Positions 50,171 to 61,444 are shown, counted from the first letter of the stretch. The stretch: DNA of 64,000 nucleotides from an uncultured Acetobacteraceae bacterium (GCA_943912335.1 CALTUD010000004.1:74115-138114), one strand, 5' to 3'. Made by a program: numbers and translations. The notes: a model not told the origin generated them from the letters alone.

Positions 50171-51396
50171 CGTTTCGCGCCGCGCGGCGCGTCCAGATTG
50201 GGCAGGAACGCGGTCAGGATGCCGATCGCCGGCAGGAAGGCGCAGACATCGTAGACGAACACGATGCCCTTGGCGTCCGCCAGCATGCCCAGCAGGGCCG
50301 CACCCAACCCGCCCATGCCGAACGCCACGCCGAAGAACAGGCCGGACACCATGCCGACGCGCCCAGGCAGCAACTCCGTCGCATAGACAAGGATGGCGGA
50401 GAACGCCGAAGACAGGATCAGCCCGATCACCGCACTCAGAACGATCGTCGCGGTCAGCCCGACATGCGGCAGCAACAGGCTGAACGGCAGAACGCCCAGG
50501 ATCGACACCCAGATCACGCTCTTGCGGCCGATCCTGTCGCCGACCGGGCCGCCGATGAAGGTGCCTGCCGCCACCGCGCCCAGGAACACGAACAGATCGG
50601 TCTGCGCCGCCTGCACGGACATGCCGAAACGGTGGATCAGGAAGAAGATGTAGTACGAGGAGAAGCTGGCCAGATAGAAATACTTGGAGAACACCAGCGC
50701 GATCAGCACCGCCAGCGCCCCGGCGATGCGTCCGCGTCCCAGCGCCACGTGATGCGCCCGCGCCCGCGCCACGAGAGGCGGCTGGCGCGCATACCAGCGC
50801 CCGACCCCGGCCTGGAGCGCCGACCCCAGCAGGGCCAGCAGACAGAACCACGCCAGGCTCGGCCGGCCCAGAGGCAGCACGATGAACGCGGCCATCAGCG
50901 GTCCCAGCGAGGTGCCGAGATTGCCGCCCACCTGGAACAGGGATTGCGCGTATCCGAACCGGCCGCCCGACGCCATCCGGGCGATGCGCGACGATTCCGG
51001 GTGGAAGATCGACGAGCCGATGCCGAGCAGCACCGCACCCAGCAGCAGATGCGGATACGTCCCGGCCAGAGCCAGCGTCAGCAATCCGAACAGCGTGAAC
51101 ACCATGCCGACCGAGAGCGACCAAGGCAGCTTACGCCGGTCCGTATAGTGTCCGATCAGCGGTTGCAGCAGCGACGCCACGATCTGATAGGTCAAGGTCA
51201 GGTAGCCGATCTGCCCGAACGACAGCGAGAAATCGCTCTTCAGCTGCGGGTAGATCGCTGGAAGCAGGGCCTGCATCGAGTCGTTGAGCAGGTGACAGAA
51301 GGTGACGGTGAGCAGGATGGCCGTGGCGGCATCGGCCGGCCGAATGGCCGGGGCCAACCCTGCCGGCATCGTTCCTGCGCTGTTCGGTGTCGCCAT
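50164..51396 (-). CDS. MFS transporter (fosmidomycin-resistance Fsr-like family)
   Basis: 12 predicted TM segments, MFS motifs (GHYTDRRKLPW). Confidence 0.8.
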   Translation of the reverse strand: MATPNSAGTMPAGLAPAIRPADAATAILLTVTFCHLLNDSMQALLPAIYPQLKSDFSLSFGQIGYLTLTYQIVASLLQPLIGHYTDRRKLPWSLSVGMVFTLFGLLTLALAGTYPHLLLGAVLLGIGSSIFHPESSRIARMASGGRFGYAQSLFQVGGNLGTSLGPLMAAFIVLPLGRPSLAWFCLLALLGSALQAGVGRWYARQPPLVARARAHHVALGRGRIAGALAVLIALVFSKYFYLASFSSYYIFFLIHRFGMSVQAAQTDLFVFLGAVAAGTFIGGPVGDRIGRKSVIWVSILGVLPFSLLLPHVGLTATIVLSAVIGLILSSAFSAILVYATELLPGRVGMVSGLFFGVAFGMGGLGAALLGMLADAKGIVFVYDVCAFLPAIGILTAFLPNLDAPRGAKRG

Positions 51397-51533
51397 CGCA
51401 CGCGGCCTCCATCGTCCCGAACCGCCTTAGCAGGGGGTGGGCGCGCGCGGATACCGGCTTTGCCGCATGGGTGCCAGCAAAACGACGATCCGGCATCGGG
51501 CGCCGTGACTAGGCGCCCGGCCGATCGCGGGGG

Positions 51534-51746
51534 TCAGGCCACGTTCTGCCCGTCGCCCGGCTTCAGAATGCCGCTGCCGTCGAACGACAGCTTGGAATGG
51601 GCCGCCACCCAGTTATCCGCCTCGTTCTCGGTGTCGAACTCCTCGACGATGCCGCCCAGCGCGTTGCCGCCGGTGGCACGCACGCCGAAGCGGCCGTTCT
51701 CGAGCGGCACCACTTCCAGAACCGGAGATCCATCGAACAAAGCCAT
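51534..51746 (-). CDS. Small hypothetical protein (70 aa)
   Basis: ORF with plausible composition (MALFDGSPVLEVVPLENGRFGVRATGGN...). No recognisable domain. Confidence 0.3.
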   Translation of the reverse strand: MALFDGSPVLEVVPLENGRFGVRATGGNALGGIVEEFDTENEADNWVAAHSKLSFDGSGILKPGDGQNVA

Positions 51747-51940
51747 CGCACGCCTCGCATTGCGGAGAACCGGCCTGTGCCGGATCGCGCGTTCCAACGA
51801 GCGTCGGGCGTTCGGGATGCCTGCGTGAGGCCGATGGCAGCGTAAATGACCGCGAATACACGCACCGGGCCGGGGCGAAGCGGCCGAGGGGCCCGGATCG
51901 CAGCCGCTTTACGTGCCCGATGCGGGTCCCGGCGCCCGTT

Positions 51941-53416
51941 TCAGTGCGCCCGATGCGCCGCCGCGGCGGCGTTCTGCTCCGCCACCGTCACCGGCAGCGG
52001 ATCGGGCAACTGCACGTCCTGCCAGCCGGCCCCCATCGCGGTGTAGAGTCCGATCGCGTCCTGCATCCGCGCCAGTTCGCCCAGCACGGCGGCGTTCTCG
52101 CCCTCGTAGGCCAGCCTCTCCGCGGTCAGCACGTCGAGAAAGCCGCTCAGGCCGGCGGCATAGAGGCGCCGGGCACGCTCCATCGCCAGCGCATCGTCCC
52201 GTGCGGCGTCATGCAGCGTCCGCGCCCGGATGGCGTCGTTGTTGTAGGCGACCAGACGGTCCTCCACCTCGCCGAAGGCGTGCAGAACCGTGTTCTGATA
52301 GGCTAGGCGCGCCGCTTCCGCTTCGGCCCGGGCGCCGCGCACCTGAGCCTGCAGGCTGCCGCCGTGATAGACCGGGAAACTCGCCTGGAGCAGCGCCGAC
52401 CAGACCAGGCTGCTGGCGGTCATCAGCTCGTGGATCATGCTCGACATGGGCGTGAACGACAAAGGCACGCTGAAGGACGGGTAGAGCTGCGCGATCGCGA
52501 CCCCGATGCGTGCCGTGGCCTGCGCGAATTGCCGTTCCCGCGCGCGGATATCGGGCCGGTTGGCGATCACGGTGGACGGCAGCGCCACCGGCAGGGCCGG
52601 AACCTCGGGCATCGGTGCAGGCTGGGCCAGCTCCGACTCGTAGGTGGCCGGAAGAGCGCCGGCCAGCAGGGCGATGGCGTGCGAAAGCTGCGCGATCCGG
52701 GTCTGTAGCGGCTGCAACGTCGCTTGTTCGGTTTCGAGCTGCGCCTGAGCCTGCGCCACCGCCAGAGTCGTGCCGAGCCCTTCGGCGTAGACCTTCTGCG
52801 TCAGCTTCAGGGATTCGTCGGCGGCGGCGATGTTCTTCTGCGCGATCACGACCTGCTGCTGGGTCACGCGCAGCGTGCAGTAATCGGTCGCGACCTCGGC
52901 CAGAGCGGAAATCAGCGTGCCGCGCCGCTCCTCCACACCGGCGGCGACGGCGGCATCCTGCGCTTCCACCGAACGGCGGATGCGGCCGAACAGGTCGACC
53001 TGCCAGCTCACCGTCGTGCCGTACTGCCAAAGACGGTTATCGGACGAGATGCCCGGCAAAGGCGGATATTGCAGCGTGGTGCTGTATCTCTGGATACCGG
53101 CCGAACCCAGCACATCCACTTGCGGGCGAAGCTGCGCCTCGATCTGGTCGCGCAGATCGCGCGCTGCCAGCAGCTTCTCCGACTGGATGCGGATGTCGTA
53201 ATTGCCGCGGATGGTCTGTTCTATCAGACGGTCGAGCATCGGATCGTGGAAGCTGGCCCACCATTGCCGCATCTGTGTTTCGGTGCGGCTCAGCTCTTCC
53301 GGCGTGGCCGCATGCTCGCTCCAGTTCGCGGGCACCACCGTATCCGGCGCGCGATAGGCCGGGCCGACCTTGCAGCCGGTCAGCAGCGCGACCAGGGCGA
53401 AGGGAATGCGCTTCAT
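51941..53416 (-). CDS. Efflux outer-membrane factor lipoprotein, NodT family
   Basis: Lipobox LLTGC, two OEP repeats, about 490 aa. Confidence 0.85.
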   Translation of the reverse strand: MKRIPFALVALLTGCKVGPAYRAPDTVVPANWSEHAATPEELSRTETQMRQWWASFHDPMLDRLIEQTIRGNYDIRIQSEKLLAARDLRDQIEAQLRPQVDVLGSAGIQRYSTTLQYPPLPGISSDNRLWQYGTTVSWQVDLFGRIRRSVEAQDAAVAAGVEERRGTLISALAEVATDYCTLRVTQQQVVIAQKNIAAADESLKLTQKVYAEGLGTTLAVAQAQAQLETEQATLQPLQTRIAQLSHAIALLAGALPATYESELAQPAPMPEVPALPVALPSTVIANRPDIRARERQFAQATARIGVAIAQLYPSFSVPLSFTPMSSMIHELMTASSLVWSALLQASFPVYHGGSLQAQVRGARAEAEAARLAYQNTVLHAFGEVEDRLVAYNNDAIRARTLHDAARDDALAMERARRLYAAGLSGFLDVLTAERLAYEGENAAVLGELARMQDAIGLYTAMGAGWQDVQLPDPLPVTVAEQNAAAAAHRAH

Positions 53417-53430
53417 CGCAGCCGTACCGC

Positions 53431-54348
53431 TCACAGATGATCCTGCAGCCAGCTCGACAGATGCACGCGATCCGACACTTCCGATCCCACGGCGACCGAG
53501 CAGGTCATGCCTGCCGACAGCACAATGCCGGCCGGAACGTCGTCGATATGGATACGCACGGGAATGCGCTGCGCCAGGCGCACCCAGGTGAAGACCGGAT
53601 TCACGTCCTGCAGGCCGAGCCGGTCGGGATTGCCGTTCTGATCGTTGATGCCGGCGGCGATGCTTTCCACATGGCCGCGCAGAAGCGGCTTAAAACCCAT
53701 CAGCTTGATCCGCGCCGGCTCCCCGGGCGCAACGCCGTGGATCTTGGTTTCCTCGAAATACCCGTTGACCCAGAAACTATCGCGATCGAGCACGGCGATG
53801 CGCGGCTGACCGGCATTCACATAATCGCCCACGCGCAAAGACAGATTCGTGACGTATCCGTTCACCGGCGAATACAGCGTGGCCCGTTGCAGATTGAGTC
53901 TCGCCACGTCGAGCGACGCCTGCGCCGCGTCCACCGCGGCGCGCTGGGTTTCGGCGACCGAATTGAACCGTTCCTGTTCTTCCGCCGAGACGATGCCGGC
54001 CAAACCGACGCGCCGCTTGGCGTCGGATTGACGCAGGCGCAGATCCTCCCTGGCGGCGGATAGCTTCGCCTCCGCTTCCGCGATCGCCAGACGGAAGCGC
54101 ACAGGATCGATCACGAAGAGCGGATCGCCCTTATGCACAAGCTGGTTGTCGTGCACCGGCACGGACACCACCGTGCCCGACACTTCCGGCGCGATGTCGA
54201 CCACATAGGCGCGCACGCGCCCGTCCCGCGTCCAGGGCGACACCATGTAGGTGCGCCAGAGCGACAGACCAAGCACGCAGCCGGCGCCGACGATGACGAG
54301 CGTCAGGACGAGGCGAACGAAAGAGCGAATCAGGGAAAGCGGCGACAC
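53431..54348 (-). CDS. HlyD-family efflux membrane-fusion protein (AaeA/EmrA-like)
   Basis: N-terminal TM anchor, coiled-coil, lipoyl/beta-barrel motifs. Confidence 0.85.
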   Translation of the reverse strand: MSPLSLIRSFVRLVLTLVIVGAGCVLGLSLWRTYMVSPWTRDGRVRAYVVDIAPEVSGTVVSVPVHDNQLVHKGDPLFVIDPVRFRLAIAEAEAKLSAAREDLRLRQSDAKRRVGLAGIVSAEEQERFNSVAETQRAAVDAAQASLDVARLNLQRATLYSPVNGYVTNLSLRVGDYVNAGQPRIAVLDRDSFWVNGYFEETKIHGVAPGEPARIKLMGFKPLLRGHVESIAAGINDQNGNPDRLGLQDVNPVFTWVRLAQRIPVRIHIDDVPAGIVLSAGMTCSVAVGSEVSDRVHLSSWLQDHL

Positions 54349-54361
54349 GAGCGTATCCGAA

Positions 54362-54556
54362 TCAGAAATACAGGACGAGAAGCGAAAGAATGCAGACGAA
54401 TAAAGCGACTTCCATCAGCGGAAGATGCCAGAGCCATTGCGCGAGCCCGCTACGCCAGATGACCACACGCAAGATCATCGTCAGCAGCACCGCCGCGAGC
54501 ACGTAGAGCACGATGGGCGCGAACAACACGCCGGACAGGTGCGATTCACTCAGCAT
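54362..54556 (-). CDS. DUF1656 small membrane protein (AaeX-like)
   Basis: About 65 aa, two TM. Position between the FUSC and HlyD genes as in aaeXAB operons. Confidence 0.55.
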   Translation of the reverse strand: MLSESHLSGVLFAPIVLYVLAAVLLTMILRVVIWRSGLAQWLWHLPLMEVALFVCILSLLVLYF

Positions 54557-56940
54557 GAGGCGTTTCCGGCATGAGGGGGTGATGTGGGTGTCCAACCCGC
54601 ACGCATGATCGGGCAGTCGCGACGGATCAGACCGTCGGCGTGCCGAATCAGCAGTGCCGCTTCATCGAGCAGGCCGCGCGCTTCGCGTCGCATGCGGTTG
54701 GCGGCGTCGTCGGCGGTTCGTGCGACCGGCACAGCCACGGCGGGCAGAGACGGACTCGGCTGGCTGGCTGGCGTCGTCGGTAGGCTCGGAGGCGTCGGAT
54801 CATGCGGCATGGCCGATGGATCGTCATCGACCCCGGGCGCCGTCGGATCGTCGGGCAGTGCCATCGGATCGGCATGGGCGGGCTCGGGGGCGATATCCGG
54901 CGTCACGACCGCAGCGTCCGGTTCGGCTGACGGGCTTTCCCGATCGAGCGGATCGGTGTCGATCTCGGCGTCGGCACCAGCGATGTCCGATACATCCGCC
55001 ATCGGCAAAGCGATCGCCGCCGTCGAGACCGCGTCGGCCGCCGCCTCGGGATCGCGCGACATGCGTCCGATGGCGGCAAGACCGTGATTCAGCGCGTCGC
55101 GCACGTCCTGCGGCAGATCGGCATGGCGGTGCAGGGTGCGGAGCGCCGCCACGGTGCGTCCCAGCGCCAGCACTAGATAGGCCGCGCGCGTCGTGCGTGG
55201 CCCGACGCCAGCCGGCAACTGCACCGAACGCTGCTCCAGACGCAGTACCTTCTGCATCTGCTGATCCTGCCAGATCTCGAACCGAACCGATGGCGTGCCG
55301 CGTCCGCGAAGGCCGCGCCGGGCGAAGCGCTCCACGGCGCGCGACAAGGAACCGCCGAACCGGCGTGCATCGCCGGACACGTCGGCCGGCAAAAGCACGC
55401 GAAACACCATCACCAGCAGAACCGGTCCGACGATGAACGAGAACAAGGTGTTCAGCAGCGAGATGTCGTCGAAGGTGATCGGGTTGTGGATGTTCACCAT
55501 GGCGCAGAAGAAGATCGCGAACCCTGTCGCCGCCAATCGCGTCGATGCCTGGGTTTGCAGCCAGATCCCCGGGGCCAGGCACAGGCACAACGAGAACGCC
55601 AGCAGCGGAAACCCGTCCACCTGCGGCAACAGCATCGACTCGCAGAAGAACGCCAGAGGCACCGCGAACAGCGTGCCGCCTGCGAACTGCATGCTCGCGC
55701 GCGAGGCCGACGGGTTGGTGGACAATAAACACGCTGCCGGGATCAGAAAGGCCAGCATCGACGGGCCGGACGGCCATTGCGAAACATACCAGAACAGCCC
55801 GGCGATGAACGTCACCAGGAAGCCGCGTATCGCGTTGCGTCCCGCCGCATGCCATTCCGGCAGGGGGCGCAAGCGGATGCGCCGCTGCGATTCACTGGCC
55901 GTGCGTGCATCTCCGGCCGAGTTCAGCGCCGCCAGCGTTCGCCGCAGCTCCGACACGAGCGTCCGTTCGTGCATCGTCACCAGAAGCGCGTCGCCGGTGC
56001 GGGCGTGATCGGCCAGAACGCTGAGCCTGTCTTCCGCTTCCTCGAGTTCCGCCGTCAGGGCGTGCAGATTGACCGAGCGATCTGCCACGCGCGTCATGCA
56101 GCGATGGGCGATCCGGCGCGCCTCGGTCGCTGCCGGCGAGCCCGATGCATCTCCGTGCACCGGTTCCACCGCAGAGAGCAGACCCAGCAGGCGCGACGCG
56201 GCGAGACGCATCGCATGACGCCTGCGACGCAGCGCATAGCTTTCCGCGGCACCGTATTCGATCGCCTCGTCCAATGCCGAGATCCGGCCCAGCAGAGCCG
56301 CCCGTGCGCGGGCGTCCTTCCCGTCGCTGCCTGCATCGTAGCGCACGCGCACGAACAGGGCGGCGAGATCGCGCAGGATCAGTTCGATGCTGTTGCCCAG
56401 CGCGGACGAACGCGGCAACACCGTGACCAGAAACACCAGAGCCGCGCTGACCAGACCGGTGGTCACCGCAGACACGCGCGACACGGCGTCGATGAAGATG
56501 TCGTCCGGCGCATGGAACGCGCCGGCACTGACGATGATGATGGTGTAGCCGGCCAGAACCGCGCTGTAGGCCTTGAAGAAGCGCAACAGCGTCGACACGA
56601 AACACGCCACGCCGATGCAGCAGCTCAGAACCACCGTGTAGAGCACGGGCGATTGCGCGAACCATGCCATCAGCGCCACCGCCGCCGCCGCGCCGATCAG
56701 CGTTCCCACCAGACGCCAGAAGCTCTTGCTGAGAATGGCGCCGTTGGTGGGCCCCGCCACGATCAGTACGGTCGTCACCGCCGAGAGCGGCGACTGCAAC
56801 TGCAAGGCGAAGGCGACATAGAGCGCGATACAGGCGGCCAGAAGCGTACGCACCACGAACGACAGGTTGCGTCGTTCCGTTTGCAGAATGTCCAAGACCG
56901 CGCGCATCGGCACGCCGCGTCCGGCCACATGACCACTCAT
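54550..56940 (-). CDS. FUSC-family (fusaric-acid-resistance / AaeB-like) efflux inner-membrane protein with Pro/Asp-rich low-complexity C-terminal tail
   Basis: Duplicated hydrophobic modules typical of FUSC. ATG at 56938-56940 overlaps the MarR stop (ATGA). About 797 aa. Confidence 0.8.
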   Translation of the reverse strand: MSGHVAGRGVPMRAVLDILQTERRNLSFVVRTLLAACIALYVAFALQLQSPLSAVTTVLIVAGPTNGAILSKSFWRLVGTLIGAAAAVALMAWFAQSPVLYTVVLSCCIGVACFVSTLLRFFKAYSAVLAGYTIIIVSAGAFHAPDDIFIDAVSRVSAVTTGLVSAALVFLVTVLPRSSALGNSIELILRDLAALFVRVRYDAGSDGKDARARAALLGRISALDEAIEYGAAESYALRRRRHAMRLAASRLLGLLSAVEPVHGDASGSPAATEARRIAHRCMTRVADRSVNLHALTAELEEAEDRLSVLADHARTGDALLVTMHERTLVSELRRTLAALNSAGDARTASESQRRIRLRPLPEWHAAGRNAIRGFLVTFIAGLFWYVSQWPSGPSMLAFLIPAACLLSTNPSASRASMQFAGGTLFAVPLAFFCESMLLPQVDGFPLLAFSLCLCLAPGIWLQTQASTRLAATGFAIFFCAMVNIHNPITFDDISLLNTLFSFIVGPVLLVMVFRVLLPADVSGDARRFGGSLSRAVERFARRGLRGRGTPSVRFEIWQDQQMQKVLRLEQRSVQLPAGVGPRTTRAAYLVLALGRTVAALRTLHRHADLPQDVRDALNHGLAAIGRMSRDPEAAADAVSTAAIALPMADVSDIAGADAEIDTDPLDRESPSAEPDAAVVTPDIAPEPAHADPMALPDDPTAPGVDDDPSAMPHDPTPPSLPTTPASQPSPSLPAVAVPVARTADDAANRMRREARGLLDEAALLIRHADGLIRRDCPIMRAGWTPTSPPHAGNASC

Positions 56941-57452
56941 GTCCGGTCGGTTCCGTCGCGCGTCGCGGTCATCGCCTGCTCGACCCGGTCCAGCACGGCG
57001 TTGCACCGGTCGAGATCGGACGCCGACACGTCCGCCAGCATACGCCGGCAAACGGCGGCGGCGCCTTTCTGCACGGCATGATGCAGCGCCATGCCGTCGG
57101 CGGTGATGTGCACGTGCTTGGTGCGGCGATCGAGCGGGTCCTCCGTGCGCGACACCAGGCCGTCGCGCTCCAGCTGATCCACCACGCGGGCGAGGGACGG
57201 GCCGTCCACCTCCAGCATCCGCGCCAGAACGCCCTGTCGCACCGGCTCGCCCAGCGTGCCGAGCAGCAGGATCGGTCGCCAGGAGGCGTCGGTCAGCCCG
57301 AACGGTTTCAGATCGGCGTCGATCTCCCGGCGCCATGCGAAGCCGAGACGCAGCAGGCGGCGCCCGAAGGCGATGCCCGGGTCCTCGCCCACCAGCCTGG
57401 GCTCTGCATCGGGTGCAGCGGCCCGATTCTCAGGATGATCGTTCGCATACAT
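56937..57452 (-). CDS. MarR-family transcriptional regulator
   Basis: Winged-helix MarR core (LTDASWRPILLLGTLGEPVRQGVLARMLEVDGPSLARVVDQLERDGLVSR). Alternative start at 57491. Confidence 0.8.
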   Translation of the reverse strand: MYANDHPENRAAAPDAEPRLVGEDPGIAFGRRLLRLGFAWRREIDADLKPFGLTDASWRPILLLGTLGEPVRQGVLARMLEVDGPSLARVVDQLERDGLVSRTEDPLDRRTKHVHITADGMALHHAVQKGAAAVCRRMLADVSASDLDRCNAVLDRVEQAMTATRDGTDRT

Positions 57453-57609
57453 ACGTTCCGGGAAAAGCGCGATCGGAGCCTCTGCTGTCAAGCAGTTCTT
57501 GCGCCGAGCTGTTCTGCTTTTCCCGGTAGCGGTTCAGTGCCTTCGGCGAAGGCAAGCGAAACGACGAGAAGATCTGCCGCGTCGCGGTGCTACATCGCGA
57601 TGGTGGCGA

Positions 57610-60423
57610 TCACTCCTCGTCCGCCGTCCGGCGGGTCAGCACCTCGCGACGCCCGACATGGTTGGCGGCGCTGACGATGCCTTCCTTCTCCATCTGCTCG
57701 ATCAGCTTGGCAGCGCGGTTGTAGCCGATCGACAGATGCCGCTGGATGAACGATGTGGACGCTTTGCCTTCGCGCGACACCAGCGCCACAGCCTGATCGA
57801 ACAGCCCGGTCTCGCCGTCGAAACCGCCGCCGTTCAGGCCGTTGCCGGAACCGCCACCACCGCCGGACGAACTGCCTTCGTCCTCGAACAAGGCGGTGAC
57901 CTCGTCCACATAGGCCGGCTCGCCCTGCTCCTTCAGATGGCGCACGACCTCTTCCACTTCGGCATCGCCCACGAACGGGCCGTGCACGCGGGTGATGCGT
58001 CCGCCGCCGGCCATGTAGAGCATGTCGCCCTGGCCCAGAAGCTGTTCCGCGCCCTGTTCGCCCAGGATGGTGCGGCTGTCGAACTTGGAAATCACTTGGA
58101 AGGAGATGCGGGTCGGGAAATTGGCCTTGATGGTGCCGGTGATCACGTCCACCGACGGGCGCTGCGTCGCCATGATCACGTGGATGCCGGCCGCGCGCGC
58201 CATCTGCGCCAGACGCTGCACCGTGCTCTCGATCTCCTTGCCGGCCACCATCATCAGGTCGGCCATCTCGTCGATCACCACGACGATGTAAGGCAGCGCC
58301 TCGAGAGACAGGTTCTGTTCCTCGAAGATCGGGCGACCGGTCTCGGGGTCGAAGCCCGTCTGCACCTTGCGCGTCATTGTCTCGCCGGAAGCGCGGGCGG
58401 CTGCGACACGCTCGTTGTAGCCGTTGATGTTGCGCACGCCGAGCTGGCTCATGCCGCGATACCGGCGCTCCATCTCGCGCACGGTCCATTTCAGCGCCGT
58501 CACCGCCTTGGCCGGATCGGTCACCACGGGCGTCATCAGATGCGGGATGCCGTCATAGATCGACAGCTCCAGCATCTTCGGATCGATCATGATCAGGCGG
58601 CACTCGTCCGGGCTCAACCGGTAGAGCAGGCTGAGGATCATGGAGTTGATGCCGACGGATTTGCCCGAACCGGTAGTGCCGGCGATCAGCAGATGCGGCA
58701 TGCGGGCGAGATCGGCATAGACCGGTGCGCCGGAGATGTCCTTGCCCAGAGCCAGGCACAGGCGGGCCGGATGCGCGTTCCAGTCGTCCGCGTCCAGCAG
58801 CTCGGAGAAGAACACGGTTTCGCGGCGGGCGTTCGGCACCTCGATGCCGATCACGTTGCGCCCCGGCACGGTGGCGATGCGCACGGCGGTCACGGACAGG
58901 GAGCGGGCAATGTCGTCGGCGAGACCGATCACGCGGGCCGAGCGGATGCCCGGCGCAGGCTCCAGCTCGTAGAGCGTGACCACAGGCCCGGCATGGATGT
59001 CGCCGATCGCACCTTGCACACCGTAATCCGACAGCACCGTTTCGAGCAGACGGGCATTCGCCTGCAGGCTTTCGTTGGACGGGCCGACGCTGTTGCGCGC
59101 GGGCGCCGGCTGCAACAAGGACAAAGGCGGCAGATGCCATCCGCCGAACGGCGCATGCAGGCTGGCGGACATGCGCGGCGCAGCGGACGGGGCCGCGTGA
59201 GGCTGGGCGGCATGCGGCGCGTCGTGTCGCATCGGCTCCGCACCCGCCTCTCCGCGTCCGCCGAGAAAGCGCGACAACATGCCCGAGCGCTGCTCGCGCG
59301 ATGCGGTGGGTTGCGGCATCGGCTGCGGCGCGGCGGTGGACACGGGACCGCCCAGACGAATGGTCGGCGCCTCCTCCTCCGTCCGCCCGGCGGACAGCTT
59401 GGCCGCGCGCGAACGCAGCGGCAGGATCGGTTGCTCTTCCGGCTCGTCTTCCGCGCTCGGCGGCATCACCCAGCCGCTGCGGCTCGGCAGAGCCGGCTTC
59501 GGTGCGGGTGCGGTGCTGCCGCCAGCGAAGGACGGTTCGCGACGATCCGCGCTGCGCCGGGTGCGCTTCGGCGCCCGCTCCGGTTCACGCGGATCGGCAC
59601 GCAACGTCAGGCCGGTGCCGGTGGCCGGTGCGGTCTGGCGCGCCGCGGCGGAGAACGGCGTGTCGCCTGGTAGGACATGGTCGAAATCGTCTTCGTCCTC
59701 CACCGGAGCGGCTCTGCCGGCGGAGAAACGGTCGCGCAGGCTGCGTCGGGATGCAGGCGCGCTCTTGTTGCGTCCGAGCCGCGCCGTGCGCCGTGCGCCG
59801 CGGCCCATGGCGCGCCACTCGCCTGCCGAAAGGCCAAGGCAAAGGGGGATCAGCACGACAGAAAGGACCACGCCGAGCAGCCACACAACCAGACCGCCGA
59901 CCGCGCCGAGCGCGCCCTGGCCCGCCGACAAGGCGAGCTGCGCCAGGGACAGCCCGACCGAACCGCCCGGCAGGTCCATTGCCGACCAACTCTGGTTCGG
60001 GGTGGGCGGCGAGACATGGAACAACAGCGGAATGCCGCCCAGCACCGAGGCCAGCACCGGCAGGGCGCAGATGATGGCGATCAAACGGACCGTCAGATTG
60101 CCCAGACCGCCATGCGACGCGATGCGCCATGCCCAGGCCAGCATGATCAGCACGGGCAGATAGCCGGCCAATCCGAGCGACTGAAGCACCAGATCGGACA
60201 AGGTCGCGCCGACGGAGCCCAGCAGATTATGTGCGGGCGCCGAGGTAGCGGTGTTGAACGAGGAATCGTTCGGATCGTAGGACAGGAGCGCGACCAGGGT
60301 GGCGATCGCCACCAGGGCGAGCGCCAGCCCGCCCAGCTCGGTCAAACGCCGGCGGATCAGGGATTGCAGTTCCGGGGACGCGAACCGCTCGGAGATGAGC
60401 CGGCTGCGATGGGCGACTTGCAT
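57610..60423 (-). CDS. ftsK: DNA translocase FtsK
   Basis: N-terminal TM domain, Pro/Ala-rich linker, motor domain with Walker [11 protein letters not shown]-terminal gamma (winged-helix) domain. Confidence 0.9.
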   Translation of the reverse strand: MQVAHRSRLISERFASPELQSLIRRRLTELGGLALALVAIATLVALLSYDPNDSSFNTATSAPAHNLLGSVGATLSDLVLQSLGLAGYLPVLIMLAWAWRIASHGGLGNLTVRLIAIICALPVLASVLGGIPLLFHVSPPTPNQSWSAMDLPGGSVGLSLAQLALSAGQGALGAVGGLVVWLLGVVLSVVLIPLCLGLSAGEWRAMGRGARRTARLGRNKSAPASRRSLRDRFSAGRAAPVEDEDDFDHVLPGDTPFSAAARQTAPATGTGLTLRADPREPERAPKRTRRSADRREPSFAGGSTAPAPKPALPSRSGWVMPPSAEDEPEEQPILPLRSRAAKLSAGRTEEEAPTIRLGGPVSTAAPQPMPQPTASREQRSGMLSRFLGGRGEAGAEPMRHDAPHAAQPHAAPSAAPRMSASLHAPFGGWHLPPLSLLQPAPARNSVGPSNESLQANARLLETVLSDYGVQGAIGDIHAGPVVTLYELEPAPGIRSARVIGLADDIARSLSVTAVRIATVPGRNVIGIEVPNARRETVFFSELLDADDWNAHPARLCLALGKDISGAPVYADLARMPHLLIAGTTGSGKSVGINSMILSLLYRLSPDECRLIMIDPKMLELSIYDGIPHLMTPVVTDPAKAVTALKWTVREMERRYRGMSQLGVRNINGYNERVAAARASGETMTRKVQTGFDPETGRPIFEEQNLSLEALPYIVVVIDEMADLMMVAGKEIESTVQRLAQMARAAGIHVIMATQRPSVDVITGTIKANFPTRISFQVISKFDSRTILGEQGAEQLLGQGDMLYMAGGGRITRVHGPFVGDAEVEEVVRHLKEQGEPAYVDEVTALFEDEGSSSGGGGGSGNGLNGGGFDGETGLFDQAVALVSREGKASTSFIQRHLSIGYNRAAKLIEQMEKEGIVSAANHVGRREVLTRRTADEE

Positions 60424-60556
60424 GGGCGCTGCTCCGGCCTTCCTTCGCGAACAGCGTCAATTATAGCCCGGAACCCATTGGCGCCAGAAGCTTCCTTTCC
60501 GGTGTGGCCCCGATTCGTTCCCGTCGACAGGATGGGACGCCGATTCGGGCCCCGGA

Positions 60557-61444
60557 TCAGAGCACCGGAACGCCGACCAATTTGGCCTTGGGTTCGGGTT
60601 CGACATGGATCGAGATCACCGCTTCACCGACCTCGTCGCGCAAGGCGGCTTCGAGCCGGTCGCAGATCTCGTGCGAGGCTTCCACCGTCATCAGCCCCGG
60701 CACCACGAGATGGAACTCGACGAAGGTCACGCTGCCGGCGGTGCGGCTGCGCAGATCATGCGCTTCGATCGCGCCCTCCGCGTTCTCTCCGATCACGCGT
60801 CGCAGGCGGTTCAGGCTGTCGGGGTCCTGCACCTCGTCCATCAGCCCGCCGACGGATTCGCGCAGCATCCGGTAGCCGACCCAGAGAATATGCAGTGCCA
60901 CCAGCGCCGCTACGGAAGCGTCGATGCGCAGCTCGCCGGTCAGGGGCACGAGGGCGAACGCCACCAGAACCCCGCCCGTGGTCCAGACATCCGTCATCAG
61001 ATGCTTGCCGCCGGCCGCCAGGGCAGGGGATTTCCAGCGTCGCCCGCAGCGCAGCAGCACCAGGGCCCAGAGCAGGTTGATCAGCCCGGCGGCGGCGTTC
61101 AGCCCGATACCCAGAAACGGCGTGGTCGGACGCCGGGGATGGTTCCAGCCGTCCCAGGCGCTGTGCAGGATCGCGGCCGAGGTCGCCAGAACCAGCGCGC
61201 CCTCCACCACAGCGCTCAGATATTCCGCCTTGTGATGGCCGTAGGGATGGTTGTCGTCTGGTGGCAATTCGCTGAACCAGAGCGCGGTCAGCGCGCCCGC
61301 CGCGGCCACCACGTTGATCACCGTTTCCAGGGCGTCGGAATACAGCGCCACCGAGCCGGTCAGCAGATAGGCGCCGGCCTTCATCGCCAGCACCACCACG
61401 CTGACGACCAGCGAGCACCAGCCGATCTTGATCGCCCGGCTCAT
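60557..61444 (-). CDS. Cation diffusion facilitator family metal efflux transporter
   Basis: Six TM plus cytoplasmic C-terminal domain; HPYGHHKAEY motif. Confidence 0.8.
   Translation of the reverse strand: MSRAIKIGWCSLVVSVVVLAMKAGAYLLTGSVALYSDALETVINVVAAAGALTALWFSELPPDDNHPYGHHKAEYLSAVVEGALVLATSAAILHSAWDGWNHPRRPTTPFLGIGLNAAAGLINLLWALVLLRCGRRWKSPALAAGGKHLMTDVWTTGGVLVAFALVPLTGELRIDASVAALVALHILWVGYRMLRESVGGLMDEVQDPDSLNRLRRVIGENAEGAIEAHDLRSRTAGSVTFVEFHLVVPGLMTVEASHEICDRLEAALRDEVGEAVISIHVEPEPKAKLVGVPVL

Noticed and set aside
49867-51828. 653-aa plus ORF
   Set aside because: Antisense to the RluA and MFS genes.
52510-54063. 517-aa plus ORF, and 55777..57081 (+), 57499..59673 (+)
   Set aside because: Antisense to the NodT/HlyD, FUSC and ftsK genes respectively.
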